Sequence record: OL744216.1
Strand: one strand, 5' to 3'
DNA length: 64,000 nt
Origin: Enterobacter phage vB_ExiM_F4M1E
Made by a program: the position numbers and the translations under genes. Positions 54,572-61,810 of the stretch are shown here, one piece after another. The first letter of the stretch is position 1; every line of letters begins with the position of its first letter. The notes under the pieces are model-generated. The model was not told the origin of the DNA. It made no database searches and saw only the letters and a list, made by a program, of their open reading frames with translations.

Positions 54572-54751
54572 ATGAAATCATCCTTACTTTTCGCCCTGGT
54601 AGACATAGTGATCGGCAATGGTTGCGGTCAACATACCTTCATTGCAAACCGTCCCTATCCGCTCAAATCGTTGCAGGCCGACGCCCGCCTAACCGCCGGG
54701 CAGATCCGCCGCTACTTTCGTGAACCACACCCGGCAAAAACTGCAAAATAA
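54572..54751 (+). CDS. array gene 17, micro-protein (59 aa)
   Basis: leader ACACCAAACAAAACAGGCAAACGAGGCC. Confidence 0.4.
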   Translation: MKSSLLFALVDIVIGNGCGQHTFIANRPYPLKSLQADARLTAGQIRRYFREPHPAKTAK

Positions 54752-54754
54752 TTG

Positions 54755-54784
54755 TTGACGCCGGGCACCGCCCCGGCTTATAAT
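54755..54784 (+). promoter_or_regulatory. family promoter TTGACG-CCGGGcaccgcCCCGG-cttATAAT
   Basis: near-duplicate. Confidence 0.55.
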
Positions 54785-54814
54785 TACCGAACACAAACAA
54801 ACGAGGCTACAAAA

Positions 54815-55114
54815 ATGCAACAGGCAAACACTCTTTTCATTCTGGCAAACGTAGCGGATCACGTTGTGGCGTCACTGTCCAACGTGGCGGGCACCGTGCA
54901 GATCATTTGCCGCCATATGGATGACACCGCGCCGAACCGCCTACAAATCAACGTAGACCGTAAAGGGGCCGACTTTGTGATCTCTTATGATGCCATTTAC
55001 AACGGGCGGCGCTTTATGCAGGCCAAAAGCGACCCGATCCCGGCTAACTACATTCAGGAGGCGATCGCCGTCCTGGTAAACGACACTATCCCGGCGGGGG
55101 CTATGTTACCATGA
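54815..55114 (+). CDS. array gene 18, hypothetical (99 aa, start MQQANTLF)
   Basis: leader ACACAAACAAACGAGGCTAC. Confidence 0.5.
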   Translation: MQQANTLFILANVADHVVASLSNVAGTVQIICRHMDDTAPNRLQINVDRKGADFVISYDAIYNGRRFMQAKSDPIPANYIQEAIAVLVNDTIPAGAMLP

Positions 55115-55266
55115 ATCCGCATAAACTTTTAATCACCGCCTACCCAAACAAGGCGGATCGCCGTGAAACTTTGGACCGCTTAACCCTGTATTATCAGGAG
55201 GCCGGGCACAGTAAAGCGACGGCCCGCGCCTTGGCTAAAAAACGTTTACGTTTTGGTAAAAATTAG
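55111..55266 (+). CDS. array gene 19, basic micro-protein (51 aa)
   Basis: ATGA overlap. Confidence 0.35.
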   Translation: MNPHKLLITAYPNKADRRETLDRLTLYYQEAGHSKATARALAKKRLRFGKN

Positions 55267-55267
55267 C

Positions 55268-55296
55268 TTGACGCCCGGCCCGAAAGGGCCGATAAT
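55268..55296 (+). promoter_or_regulatory. family promoter TTGACG-cCGGCCCgaaaGGGCCG-ATAAT
   Basis: followed by CACATAGGGCG + GCGGGGA-atggt-TCCCCGC hairpin. Confidence 0.6.
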
Positions 55297-55342
55297 CTCT
55301 CACATAGGGCGGGGAATGGTTCCCCGCATTATCTAAGAGGTT

Positions 55343-55501
55343 ATGAATATGTTTACTTTGATGACTTGGGAACACGAATCAAGCGCCCCTGTCCGCCGGA
55401 CCTTTGAAAACTTATGCGCCGCTTATCGCCTGGCGCAAGGCGGTTACTATAAAGCCCAAATCATCGACGAAAATAATATTGTAATGTACGAATTTAAATG
55501 A
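55343..55501 (+). CDS. array gene 20, micro-protein (about 51 aa)
   Basis: TAAGAGG RBS; two in-frame ATGs. Confidence 0.4.
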   Translation: MNMFTLMTWEHESSAPVRRTFENLCAAYRLAQGGYYKAQIIDENNIVMYEFK

Positions 55502-55530
55502 TTGACATCCGGCCCGAAAGGGCCGATAAT
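55502..55530 (+). promoter_or_regulatory. family promoter TTGACA-tCCGGCCCgaaaGGGCCG-ATAAT
   Basis: duplicate of 55268 promoter. Confidence 0.6.
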
Positions 55531-55566
55531 GACCCCACACCAAACAAAAGAGAGAGAGACCGTAAA

Positions 55567-55773
55567 ATGATTACTATGATTCTTCAAAAGTCCCGCCTGA
55601 TTGATGTTACCGTTACCCTGTCCGCTTGCGGTGACACGTCCCGCCGGGCCGATCATTACCAGGTGACCGCTGTTAGTGATCGCGGCGCTGTCCTGCTGTC
55701 TGAAGTAACAGAGCATTTGCACGAGGCTTTTAAAACCTATTCAAAGTGGAAAGGCGACGAAGAAATAAAATAA
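55567..55773 (+). CDS. array gene 21, hypothetical (68 aa, start MITMILQK)
   Basis: leader CACCAAACAAAAGAGAGAGAGACCG. Confidence 0.45.
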   Translation: MITMILQKSRLIDVTVTLSACGDTSRRADHYQVTAVSDRGAVLLSEVTEHLHEAFKTYSKWKGDEEIK

Positions 55774-55781
55774 AAATCCGC

Positions 55782-55811
55782 TTGACGCCGGGGCCACGTT
55801 GGCCCCATAAT
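55782..55811 (+). promoter_or_regulatory. family promoter TTGACG-ccGGGGCCAcgtTGGCCCC-ATAAT
   Basis: palindromic spacer. Confidence 0.6.
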
Positions 55812-55845
55812 GCCACCACACCAAACGAATAAAGAGAATCACAAA

Positions 55846-56100
55846 ATGTTAAAATTCATCAAATCACTTTTCACCCGCACCACCCCGGCTTGCAAGTTGC
55901 CACCCCTGGAGGCTAAAGGCGTGATCGCTCGCAAAGTCTCAGAATTGTTTATCATTTCATTGGTTCACAACGGCGGAGACTGTTACGAAATCATCGAAAT
56001 GGGCCGCTACACTAAAACAGGGTCAAGCCGTGTCCGTTACGGTGAACACCGCGCCCGGAATCATTTTGATTCTGTATGCTGTATGGTGGGTGCAAAATAA
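55846..56100 (+). CDS. array gene 22, hypothetical (84 aa, start MLKFIKSL)
   Basis: leader CACCAAACGAATAAAGAGAATCAC. Confidence 0.5.
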   Translation: MLKFIKSLFTRTTPACKLPPLEAKGVIARKVSELFIISLVHNGGDCYEIIEMGRYTKTGSSRVRYGEHRARNHFDSVCCMVGAK

Positions 56101-56103
56101 ACC

Positions 56104-56132
56104 TTGACGGGGCCAACGTTAGGCCCCATAAT
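56104..56132 (+). promoter_or_regulatory. family promoter TTGACG-GGGCCaacgttaGGCCC-CATAAT
   Basis: followed by CACATAGGGCGACAC motif. Confidence 0.6.
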
Positions 56133-56184
56133 GTAACACATAGGGCGACACAACGCCGCCCACAAACAGAAAAGAGATCGTAAA

Positions 56185-56544
56185 ATGAGCAAATACACCC
56201 CGTGGGAACCAATGTACAAAATCACCCTGTCCGAGTGCAGCAAAAACGAACTGGATGGAATTGTCCGCGCCGCTACTGCCGTGATCCGTGGGCTTAACTT
56301 CAAACGTTTAACCTTCAAAGAAGTAAAACAAATTTTTGAAATGCCGGATCACAAGGCCGCTTCCCGCTTGGGGCTTACTGTAACATCGCAAGGGCTTTAC
56401 AAAGATCACGACCTTAAAGGGCCGCACGTGTGGCTTTTAGCTTGCGCCGTGGGCCGCACCATTGCCGACACTATCAAAGAGATGAAAGCGCTACGCGATG
56501 ACGCAAAAGCCCGCCGGGCCGCGCTGGAAGTGGCACAAAAATAA
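56185..56544 (+). CDS. array gene 23, hypothetical (119 aa)
   Basis: leader CACAAACAGAAAAGAGATCG. Confidence 0.55.
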   Translation: MSKYTPWEPMYKITLSECSKNELDGIVRAATAVIRGLNFKRLTFKEVKQIFEMPDHKAASRLGLTVTSQGLYKDHDLKGPHVWLLACAVGRTIADTIKEMKALRDDAKARRAALEVAQK

Positions 56545-56557
56545 TTTAAAAATAAAG

Positions 56558-56587
56558 TTGACGCCGGGAAGCGTTACGGGCTATACT
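56558..56587 (+). promoter_or_regulatory. family promoter TTGACG-N18-TATACT
   Basis: degenerate palindrome CCGGGaagcgttaCGGG. Confidence 0.45.
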
Positions 56588-56635
56588 CTTTTCATCGGGT
56601 CACAACAGACCAAAACAAACAAAGAGAGAAACAAA

Positions 56636-56713
56636 ATGAGCGTAATCTTCCTGGTATCTGTTTTCGTAGCTATCGCATCTTCTACCGCAATTTGTATCAA
56701 ACTGGGATACTAA
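56636..56713 (+). CDS. array gene 24, 25-aa hydrophobic peptide (MSVIFLVSVFVAIASSTAICIKLGY)
   Basis: own promoter and leader ACCAAAACAAACAAAGAGAGAAAC; single TM helix. Confidence 0.4.
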   Translation: MSVIFLVSVFVAIASSTAICIKLGY

Positions 56714-56717
56714 TAAA

Positions 56718-57110
56718 ATGACTACTTTCAACGTTTTAAACTTAAACGCTTTTATCGCGGGTTACATTGAGGCAATGTTTTTTGCAGAGTCCGCCACCGA
56801 TAGCGACGGCGAAGAAATCGAAAGTTTAGCCGGGTATGAGTTAAGCGCTGAAGCCCTGGACGCTGCCCGCATGGATTGCGCCCGCTTTATGGATGTTGCG
56901 CCGCTGTTACTCAAAGGGGCAATGTTGGCAGGGGTTGACTACGACCACACCCAGGCAGGCCGGGATCTATGGTTTAGCCGTCAAGGTCACGGCGTAGGAT
57001 TCTGGGATCGCGGACTTGGGACGATCGGTGATAAACTTCACGACGTGGCGCAGACTTTCGGATCAAAAAATCTGTTTATCAATGATGCTGGATTTATTGA
57101 GGTAGAATAA
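56718..57110 (+). CDS. array gene 25, acidic hypothetical (130 aa)
   Basis: follows peptide gene. Confidence 0.5.
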   Translation: MTTFNVLNLNAFIAGYIEAMFFAESATDSDGEEIESLAGYELSAEALDAARMDCARFMDVAPLLLKGAMLAGVDYDHTQAGRDLWFSRQGHGVGFWDRGLGTIGDKLHDVAQTFGSKNLFINDAGFIEVE

Positions 57111-57571
57111 TGAACCTTACAGATCTGAAGTATTACGATGAATTAACCCCAGCGGCGCAAGCTGAAGCCCGGCGCAACGTTGCCGCCAGTGTGCAGACTC
57201 ACCACGGGCGGGAAATCGGAAAGGCGTTTTTTAAATTCCAGCGGGACCCAAACAAGGCGATCAATGACCCGCTACACATCCGCCGGATCGTCAACGGCGG
57301 CGAAGCGTGGCGCAAGATCCGCCAGGAGGGCGACGCCTATCTAATCCGCTTTATCCGGTCCAATAAAGTGATCTTTACTGATTGCGGTGCGTATGTGGCG
57401 TATGTGGACGCCTTCACAATGTTTATTGATGGGTTGGAATACATACCCACAGCCGAACAGCAAAAGACGCTTAGAACGCCTTACATCGACGTTAACGGGC
57501 GCGGCCCGGCGTTTCATAATTGGCTATACCGTATGCACCACAAAATAAAGTTTTTCATGATCCGGGGTTGA
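57110..57571 (+). CDS. array gene 26, hypothetical (153 aa)
   Basis: ATGA coupling. Confidence 0.5.
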   Translation: MNLTDLKYYDELTPAAQAEARRNVAASVQTHHGREIGKAFFKFQRDPNKAINDPLHIRRIVNGGEAWRKIRQEGDAYLIRFIRSNKVIFTDCGAYVAYVDAFTMFIDGLEYIPTAEQQKTLRTPYIDVNGRGPAFHNWLYRMHHKIKFFMIRG

Positions 57572-57596
57572 CACCCGGCGGAATAGGGCCGATAAT
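57568..57596 (+). promoter_or_regulatory. family promoter TTGACA-N17-GATAAT
   Basis: followed by CTCATAGGGCG + CGGGGA-atgg-TCCCCG hairpin; overlaps the end of gene 26. Confidence 0.55.
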
Positions 57597-57649
57597 GTCT
57601 CTCATAGGGCGGGGAATGGTCCCCGGCCCAATGACCTGGAGTCAGTACA

Positions 57650-57901
57650 ATGGAAATCAAACACGTAATTTCTGCAAACGTCGCCGTTTTAGGTTCTGTA
57701 AGTGAAACCCGTGTGAGTCTCGCTAAATGGTGCGCCGCTCAAACTTTCGGGAGTTACGGCGAAAAGGTAACAGAGGTTAAGCGCTTGCTTTCCTTTGGTA
57801 ACGTGGGCCGCAAGTTGTTAACAGAGGATATCGCCCGCCGGGTTGAGATCCATTATTCACTTGCTCAAATCATCGTAAAAGAGATCGAAAGCGTAATTTA
57901 A
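57650..57901 (+). CDS. array gene 27, hypothetical (83 aa)
   Basis: GGAGTCAGTACA RBS. Confidence 0.5.
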   Translation: MEIKHVISANVAVLGSVSETRVSLAKWCAAQTFGSYGEKVTEVKRLLSFGNVGRKLLTEDIARRVEIHYSLAQIIVKEIESVI

Positions 57902-57909
57902 CCCGGCCC

Positions 57910-57925
57910 GGCCCCGCAAGGGGCC
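57910..57925. repeat. promoterless GGCCCC-gcaa-GGGGCC hairpin
   Basis: family palindrome without -35/-10 or T-run. Confidence 0.35.
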
Positions 57926-57937
57926 AACAGAGGACAA

Positions 57938-58162
57938 ATGAGAATGATTATCAAAAACACTTTGGGCAAAACTGATTTTCTGCGCTCGCTGGAGATCGGC
58001 AAGCCGCAAGCCTGGTATTGTAAAAAGCTGGCGCATGATGAAATGAAAGATTTTACAGCCACGTTAACCCGCGTTAAAATCAGCATTACCCAAAAGAAAG
58101 CGCTTTTAGTGATTGAGGGGCAGATCCCGCAAACCGTGATCATTGTTGAGAGGACCGCATAA
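57938..58162 (+). CDS. array gene 28, hypothetical (74 aa, MRMIIKN)
   Basis: AGAGGACAA RBS; start context AAATGAGAATGATTATCA is a Fur-like box. Confidence 0.45.
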   Translation: MRMIIKNTLGKTDFLRSLEIGKPQAWYCKKLAHDEMKDFTATLTRVKISITQKKALLVIEGQIPQTVIIVERTA

Positions 58163-58163
58163 A

Positions 58164-58388
58164 ATGGGGGCCAATACTCGCAACCGCTACGGCATAACGC
58201 GCCGTTTCGGGGTCTGCTATATGCTGGCAGATGATCCACAATATCGGGCCTTGCTGGAGGCTTACCAGGTCACCAAACTGGACGCCCAAAAGGGCCGGGC
58301 CGAACACGACGCCCACACCGCCAACATTAAAGCGCTTCACGACTTTTTAGCCGTCGCGGAAAAGCGTCACGACATCCGCCACAATTGA
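58164..58388 (+). CDS. array gene 29, hypothetical (74 aa, start MGANTRNRYG)
   Basis: GAGAGGACC RBS. Confidence 0.45.
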   Translation: MGANTRNRYGITRRFGVCYMLADDPQYRALLEAYQVTKLDAQKGRAEHDAHTANIKALHDFLAVAEKRHDIRHN

Positions 58389-58398
58389 GGGCCGAACC

Positions 58399-58593
58399 AT
58401 GATCACAGCTTCAGAGATCCGCCAAACGTTAGCCGCCTTGCGTTACCTCCACGCCTTACGCCGGGAAAGTGATCCGACTTATGCCGGGTCATGCCTGGCT
58501 AACGATGCCGAAAACGGGATCGCCACACTGAAAGAATTAAATGATCGCATGAGCGACAGCGACCGATCCGACTTTATCGGGGGCGAAATATGA
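58399..58593 (+). CDS. array gene 30, hypothetical (64 aa)
   Basis: ORF. Confidence 0.45.
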   Translation: MITASEIRQTLAALRYLHALRRESDPTYAGSCLANDAENGIATLKELNDRMSDSDRSDFIGGEI

Positions 58594-58898
58594 TCGCCAT
58601 TACGCCAACCGTTTTAGATTGGTATCGCCAGCAGATCGCGCCGCCGCTGGCTATCTTCAAACAGGCCGAAAGCAAACAGCGCCGGATCTCCATTCATGAG
58701 ATCATTACGCTTAACGCTGGGCAGAAAATGAATGTTTCCCGGTCCCATATGGGCAACACGTTAGCGCTTTTAAGTTTACGCCGCAAGCGTCAACGGTTAA
58801 CCCTGGAATCACTCCGCATGATGGGACAGCCGCACCAGGTCACCGGGGACAGGATCGCCAGGGCATGGAACCGGGCAAACAGTCGAAAGGCTGGATGA
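58590..58898 (+). CDS. array gene 31, hypothetical (102 aa)
   Basis: ATGA coupling. Confidence 0.45.
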   Translation: MIAITPTVLDWYRQQIAPPLAIFKQAESKQRRISIHEIITLNAGQKMNVSRSHMGNTLALLSLRRKRQRLTLESLRMMGQPHQVTGDRIARAWNRANSRKAG

Positions 58899-59041
58899 AT
58901 TAACAGTGTTCACAGGGGTTGACTTGTTCGCCCCTTTTTTGTTATCCTTTTGTCATGCGATGGCACCTGATGCAGGGGGAGACAAACACCGGACCTGCCC
59001 GCTATTCAGGGAGGCGGACCGGACCTGGGCCGCGCCGGGCA

Positions 59042-59063
59042 AATGAGAATGGTTATCATTCCC
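59042..59063. promoter_or_regulatory. Fur-like / ATTCTCAT box AATGAGAATGGTTATCATTCCC in intergenic region
   Basis: 14/19 match to Fur consensus. Confidence 0.35.
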
Positions 59064-59317
59064 AACAAAATCAAATACATACTTTAAAACCGTTGTCAAA
59101 TTTATTTCTTACCCCTGTATAAATGTACATGCCCGCCAAACGCTCTAAAACGCGTTTTAAGCCGTTTTGCCCTTCCCCGGTATCCTACACCATAAAAATA
59201 TAGATCGCCCGAAATCGGACTTTCGCACTTTTTGTCCTTGCAAACGTGAAATTTTTATGTTAGGCCTGAAGGGCTGAAAGCCGGGTGTACGTTGACAAAA
59301 CTTTACAAAACTCCCTA

Positions 59318-59346
59318 TTGACGCCCGGCCCGTTATCCCTGATAAT
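59318..59346 (+). promoter_or_regulatory. family promoter TTGACG-N17-GATAAT (second TTGACA 26 nt upstream)
   Basis: followed by CTCGTAGGGCGGC motif. Confidence 0.55.
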
Positions 59347-59398
59347 GTATCTCGTAGGGCGGCAATGATGCGACGGCCCACAAAGAGGGGACAGTAAA

Positions 59399-59638
59399 AT
59401 GAAAGAAATCATGACCTTGGTAAAATCCCGTATGTTACGTGGCGGATTCAACGCATACGCCGACGGCAATATCATTGCCACGGTCGCAAAAGTTACAAAA
59501 AATGATAATGATTCTCAGTTCGCCGGGCAGTATCGGATCTGTTTTACCCGTGGAAAGTTGCAAGGTAAAACGGCATACGCACCAGATTTTCAAGAGCTTA
59601 ATGATCGTATTTGCGCCGTTTTAGATTTTGCAAAATAA
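59399..59638 (+). CDS. array gene 32, hypothetical (79 aa)
   Basis: AAAGAGGGGACAGTAAA RBS. Confidence 0.5.
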   Translation: MKEIMTLVKSRMLRGGFNAYADGNIIATVAKVTKNDNDSQFAGQYRICFTRGKLQGKTAYAPDFQELNDRICAVLDFAK

Positions 59639-59641
59639 ATG

Positions 59642-59670
59642 TTGACGCTGGGGCCGAAAGGCCCCATAAT
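59642..59670 (+). promoter_or_regulatory. family promoter TTGACG-ctGGGGCCgaaaGGCCCC-ATAAT
   Basis: palindromic spacer. Confidence 0.6.
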
Positions 59671-59715
59671 ACCCACTCAAGCAACAAACCACTAAAAACA
59701 CTGGAGACCGTAAAA

Positions 59716-60030
59716 ATGACCAAATCTAAATTTTTCGAAATGCTGGATCGCTACCTGTCAAGCCATAACGAGTGGGCCAAACTGGGCAACGGGTACGACT
59801 CATACAAGGCCGAACAGTTAAAACCTTATGTTTTCCATGAGGACCCGGCGAACCTGGAGAAGTGGAAAGCGAAAGATCCGTCCTATCCTTGGACCGCTCA
59901 CGCTTCAGGCTTTACCCTGGCTGATTGTTGGCATGTTGAGGTAATGCAACATAAAACCGCTGAAGCCGCCGAAAAACAGCACGTAATTTTCACCCGCTGG
60001 ATCGCAGACTATCAAAAGGCCCGCGCTTAA
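59716..60030 (+). CDS. array gene 33, hypothetical (104 aa, start MTKSKFFEML)
   Basis: CTGGAGACCGTAAAA RBS. Confidence 0.5.
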   Translation: MTKSKFFEMLDRYLSSHNEWAKLGNGYDSYKAEQLKPYVFHEDPANLEKWKAKDPSYPWTAHASGFTLADCWHVEVMQHKTAEAAEKQHVIFTRWIADYQKARA

Positions 60031-60275
60031 TGTCCCGGCTTTTTAAAATCAATCTTCCATTGTGGGCCGCTTTAGCGGTCCTCATTGCCTTTTCTGGCGA
60101 TACGGTCAACAATTGGATTTTGTCCGCTGTACTTGGACCCGATCAAATGGTCACAACATTTTTAAACGCTTTCGGCGCTACACTGGCAACGGCCCGCCTT
60201 GCCTATCGTGGCAAATCAATAAACCGTTATGATCTGGCGCTATCACTGCCCGCCCTGGTTACCTGCCTAAACTGA
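60030..60275 (+). CDS. array gene 34, membrane protein (81 aa)
   Basis: two TM helices; ATGA overlap. Confidence 0.5.
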   Translation: MSRLFKINLPLWAALAVLIAFSGDTVNNWILSAVLGPDQMVTTFLNAFGATLATARLAYRGKSINRYDLALSLPALVTCLN

Positions 60276-60279
60276 AGAG

Positions 60280-60308
60280 GCCCGCCACCCCGGCGGGCTT
60301 TTCTTTTG
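60280..60308 (+). terminator. rho-independent terminator ending the plus-strand block
   Basis: GCCCGCC-acccc-GGCGGGC + TTTTCTTTT. Confidence 0.7.
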
Positions 60309-60547
60309 TCCCAAACGTGGCAAGCCTGGAGGCCCGGCCCGGTATCGGTCCGACTCCCCCAGTCAATCCCCTTATCACTTCCATTTGTGGAAATCAACAC
60401 TTAATTTTATTCACTTTAAAGCGCATAATTGAATAAACGAGGAGCTAACCCACTAACCAGGGTTGAGAGTAGCGGCCCGCATAGGGCCTTACAGCGCGTT
60501 TTAGCCCCTATTGACTTCTATCTGCAAACGTGTATCAAGCCGGATCG

Positions 60548-60623
60548 GTGAATCATCCATTTTCTTTACATAACTTGACACTATTTATTCATTTATCTGC
60601 ATAATGCTAGAATGATTCTCATT
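60548..60623. promoter_or_regulatory. promoter-like TTGACA...CATAAT overlapped by ATTCTCAT/Fur-like box GAATGATTCTCATT
   Basis: TTGACA 60575, CATAAT 60596, box 60610-60623: classic repressor-over-promoter layout. Confidence 0.3.
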
Positions 60624-60672
60624 TACTATCAATAACTTAACTTTTTATTGACTTCTGACAAAACACGGTTTT

Positions 60673-60818
60673 ACGTTCCCACGGATCAAGGGAGGGCGCG
60701 CCGTAGGCGCGACCAATAGAAAACAGGTAACGGATCACCCCCTTTGCTAACTCGCAAAGGATTGTGCTCACGTTCCCACGGTCAAGGGATGACCGCTATC
60801 ACCTGTTTTCTATTGGTC
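60673..60818. repeat. composite repeat: 21-bp direct repeat ACGTTCCCACGG(A)TCAAGGGA x2, perfect 18-bp inverted repeat GACCAATAGAAAACAGGT, two internal hairpins
   Basis: DR 60673/60770; IR 60711-60728 vs 60801-60818; hairpins CCTTTGC-taactc-GCAAAGG (60741-60760) and GCGCGCC-gta-GGCGCG (60696-60711). Confidence 0.5.
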
Positions 60819-61082
60819 ATTACGTAGTAATAAAACCGCTATTGTCAAGGGCTTTTTAGTGCCTACAGGCACAAATACGAATTATTCTCATCTGCATAAA
60901 GATTGGTTTTATCTGCATAAGTACGTAAACAGGCGGACCCGTACAGCGTAGCGGGGGCCGCATAGGCCCTACCGGGCAAGGGCCTTTATTGCTCACAAAA
61001 CAGCCGAAAGCGTAGTATTTGCCTGGCAAAATTCGCTCTTCGTGTCAAGCGAAAAATAATTTTTTTTTCTTTTTGCGTAAAC

Positions 61083-61226
61083 GATAATGATTCTCATCCG
61101 AGAACCATTCTCAAAGGGCTAATGCGAATCATTCTCATTATCATGCCACAAGGTGAGTGAGACTCATTCTCATCCAGGCCAGTGCTGGCGGGCCTCTCCA
61201 CGTGTTGGGAATGATTATCATTCACG
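61083..61226. promoter_or_regulatory. dense cluster of six ATTCTCAT / Fur-like boxes
   Basis: GATAATGATTCTCATC, GAGAACCATTCTCA, AATGCGAATCATTCTCATTATCATG, GAGACTCATTCTCATC, GGAATGATTATCATTCACG (AATGATTATCATT is 12/13 to the Fur core). Confidence 0.4.
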
Positions 61227-61589
61227 TCAGTGCGTATAAGGTGTATTATGTTAAATGGGGAAATGTTGGGGGAGGCACACCACGGCCCGGCTGTCAATAA
61301 GAGAAGTGTAAAGATGGGCAAGATGGTAGACATTTTGTGACTTTGATCGCGTAAAGTTAGGGGCTACCGATCTGGATTCAAGATTGAGAGGGAGAGGCTA
61401 AGTGATTGATTATTAAGGATATTTGGGAAAAATAACAGGTGCCCCTCCCCACCCCTGTTCGCCATGCCTGGCAGCTATATCCACACACTGAGATATTTTT
61501 CTGGTTTCTGGGCAAGAAGGGCCACCCCTGATCGCGTTCTAAAAATTTTGGCGGGAGGGTATTTTGACATAAAAAGAGGGCACAGCGCC

Positions 61590-61800
61590 TTACAGGTGAG
61601 CCTCTTCAGGCGTCCCTTGATATTTGGGCAATGTGGGAATACAGACGGGTACGTCTCTGTGGGAACAGGTATACCCGGCGGGAGAGGGCCTCCCGGACGG
61701 GGTATGGCGCTCGCAGAGTTATCAACAGGTCTGCCTCTTTAGGCAGTGGGTACAAGACAGGTTAGGCTCTTCAGGTCTACCAGTGTGGGAAACAAAATTG
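61590..61800. repeat. direct repeats CTCTTCAGG...GTGGGAA(C/T)A x3-4
   Basis: 61591, 61650, 61731, 61762; GTGGGAA at 61632, 61654, 61783. Confidence 0.35.
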
Positions 61801-61810
61801 TGGAGGGAGA

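Noticed and set aside
49389-59670. Periodic about 30-bp repeats might be read as a CRISPR array
   Set aside because: Repeat units are promoter-shaped (TTGAC...ATAAT) and not identical. Spacing is 230-500 bp with ORFs and RBSs between them. No cas genes.
49389-59670. Hairpin-containing promoters as N4-type virion-RNAP hairpin promoters
   Set aside because: The hairpin is flanked by canonical -35 and -10 hexamers at sigma70 spacing. No large vRNAP gene is seen in the window. Block orientation differs from N4-like layout.
60711-60818. 18-bp inverted repeats as IS element ends
   Set aside because: Only 72 bp lie between the arms, with no transposase. Kept instead as a possible MITE-like or structural/regulatory element in the findings.
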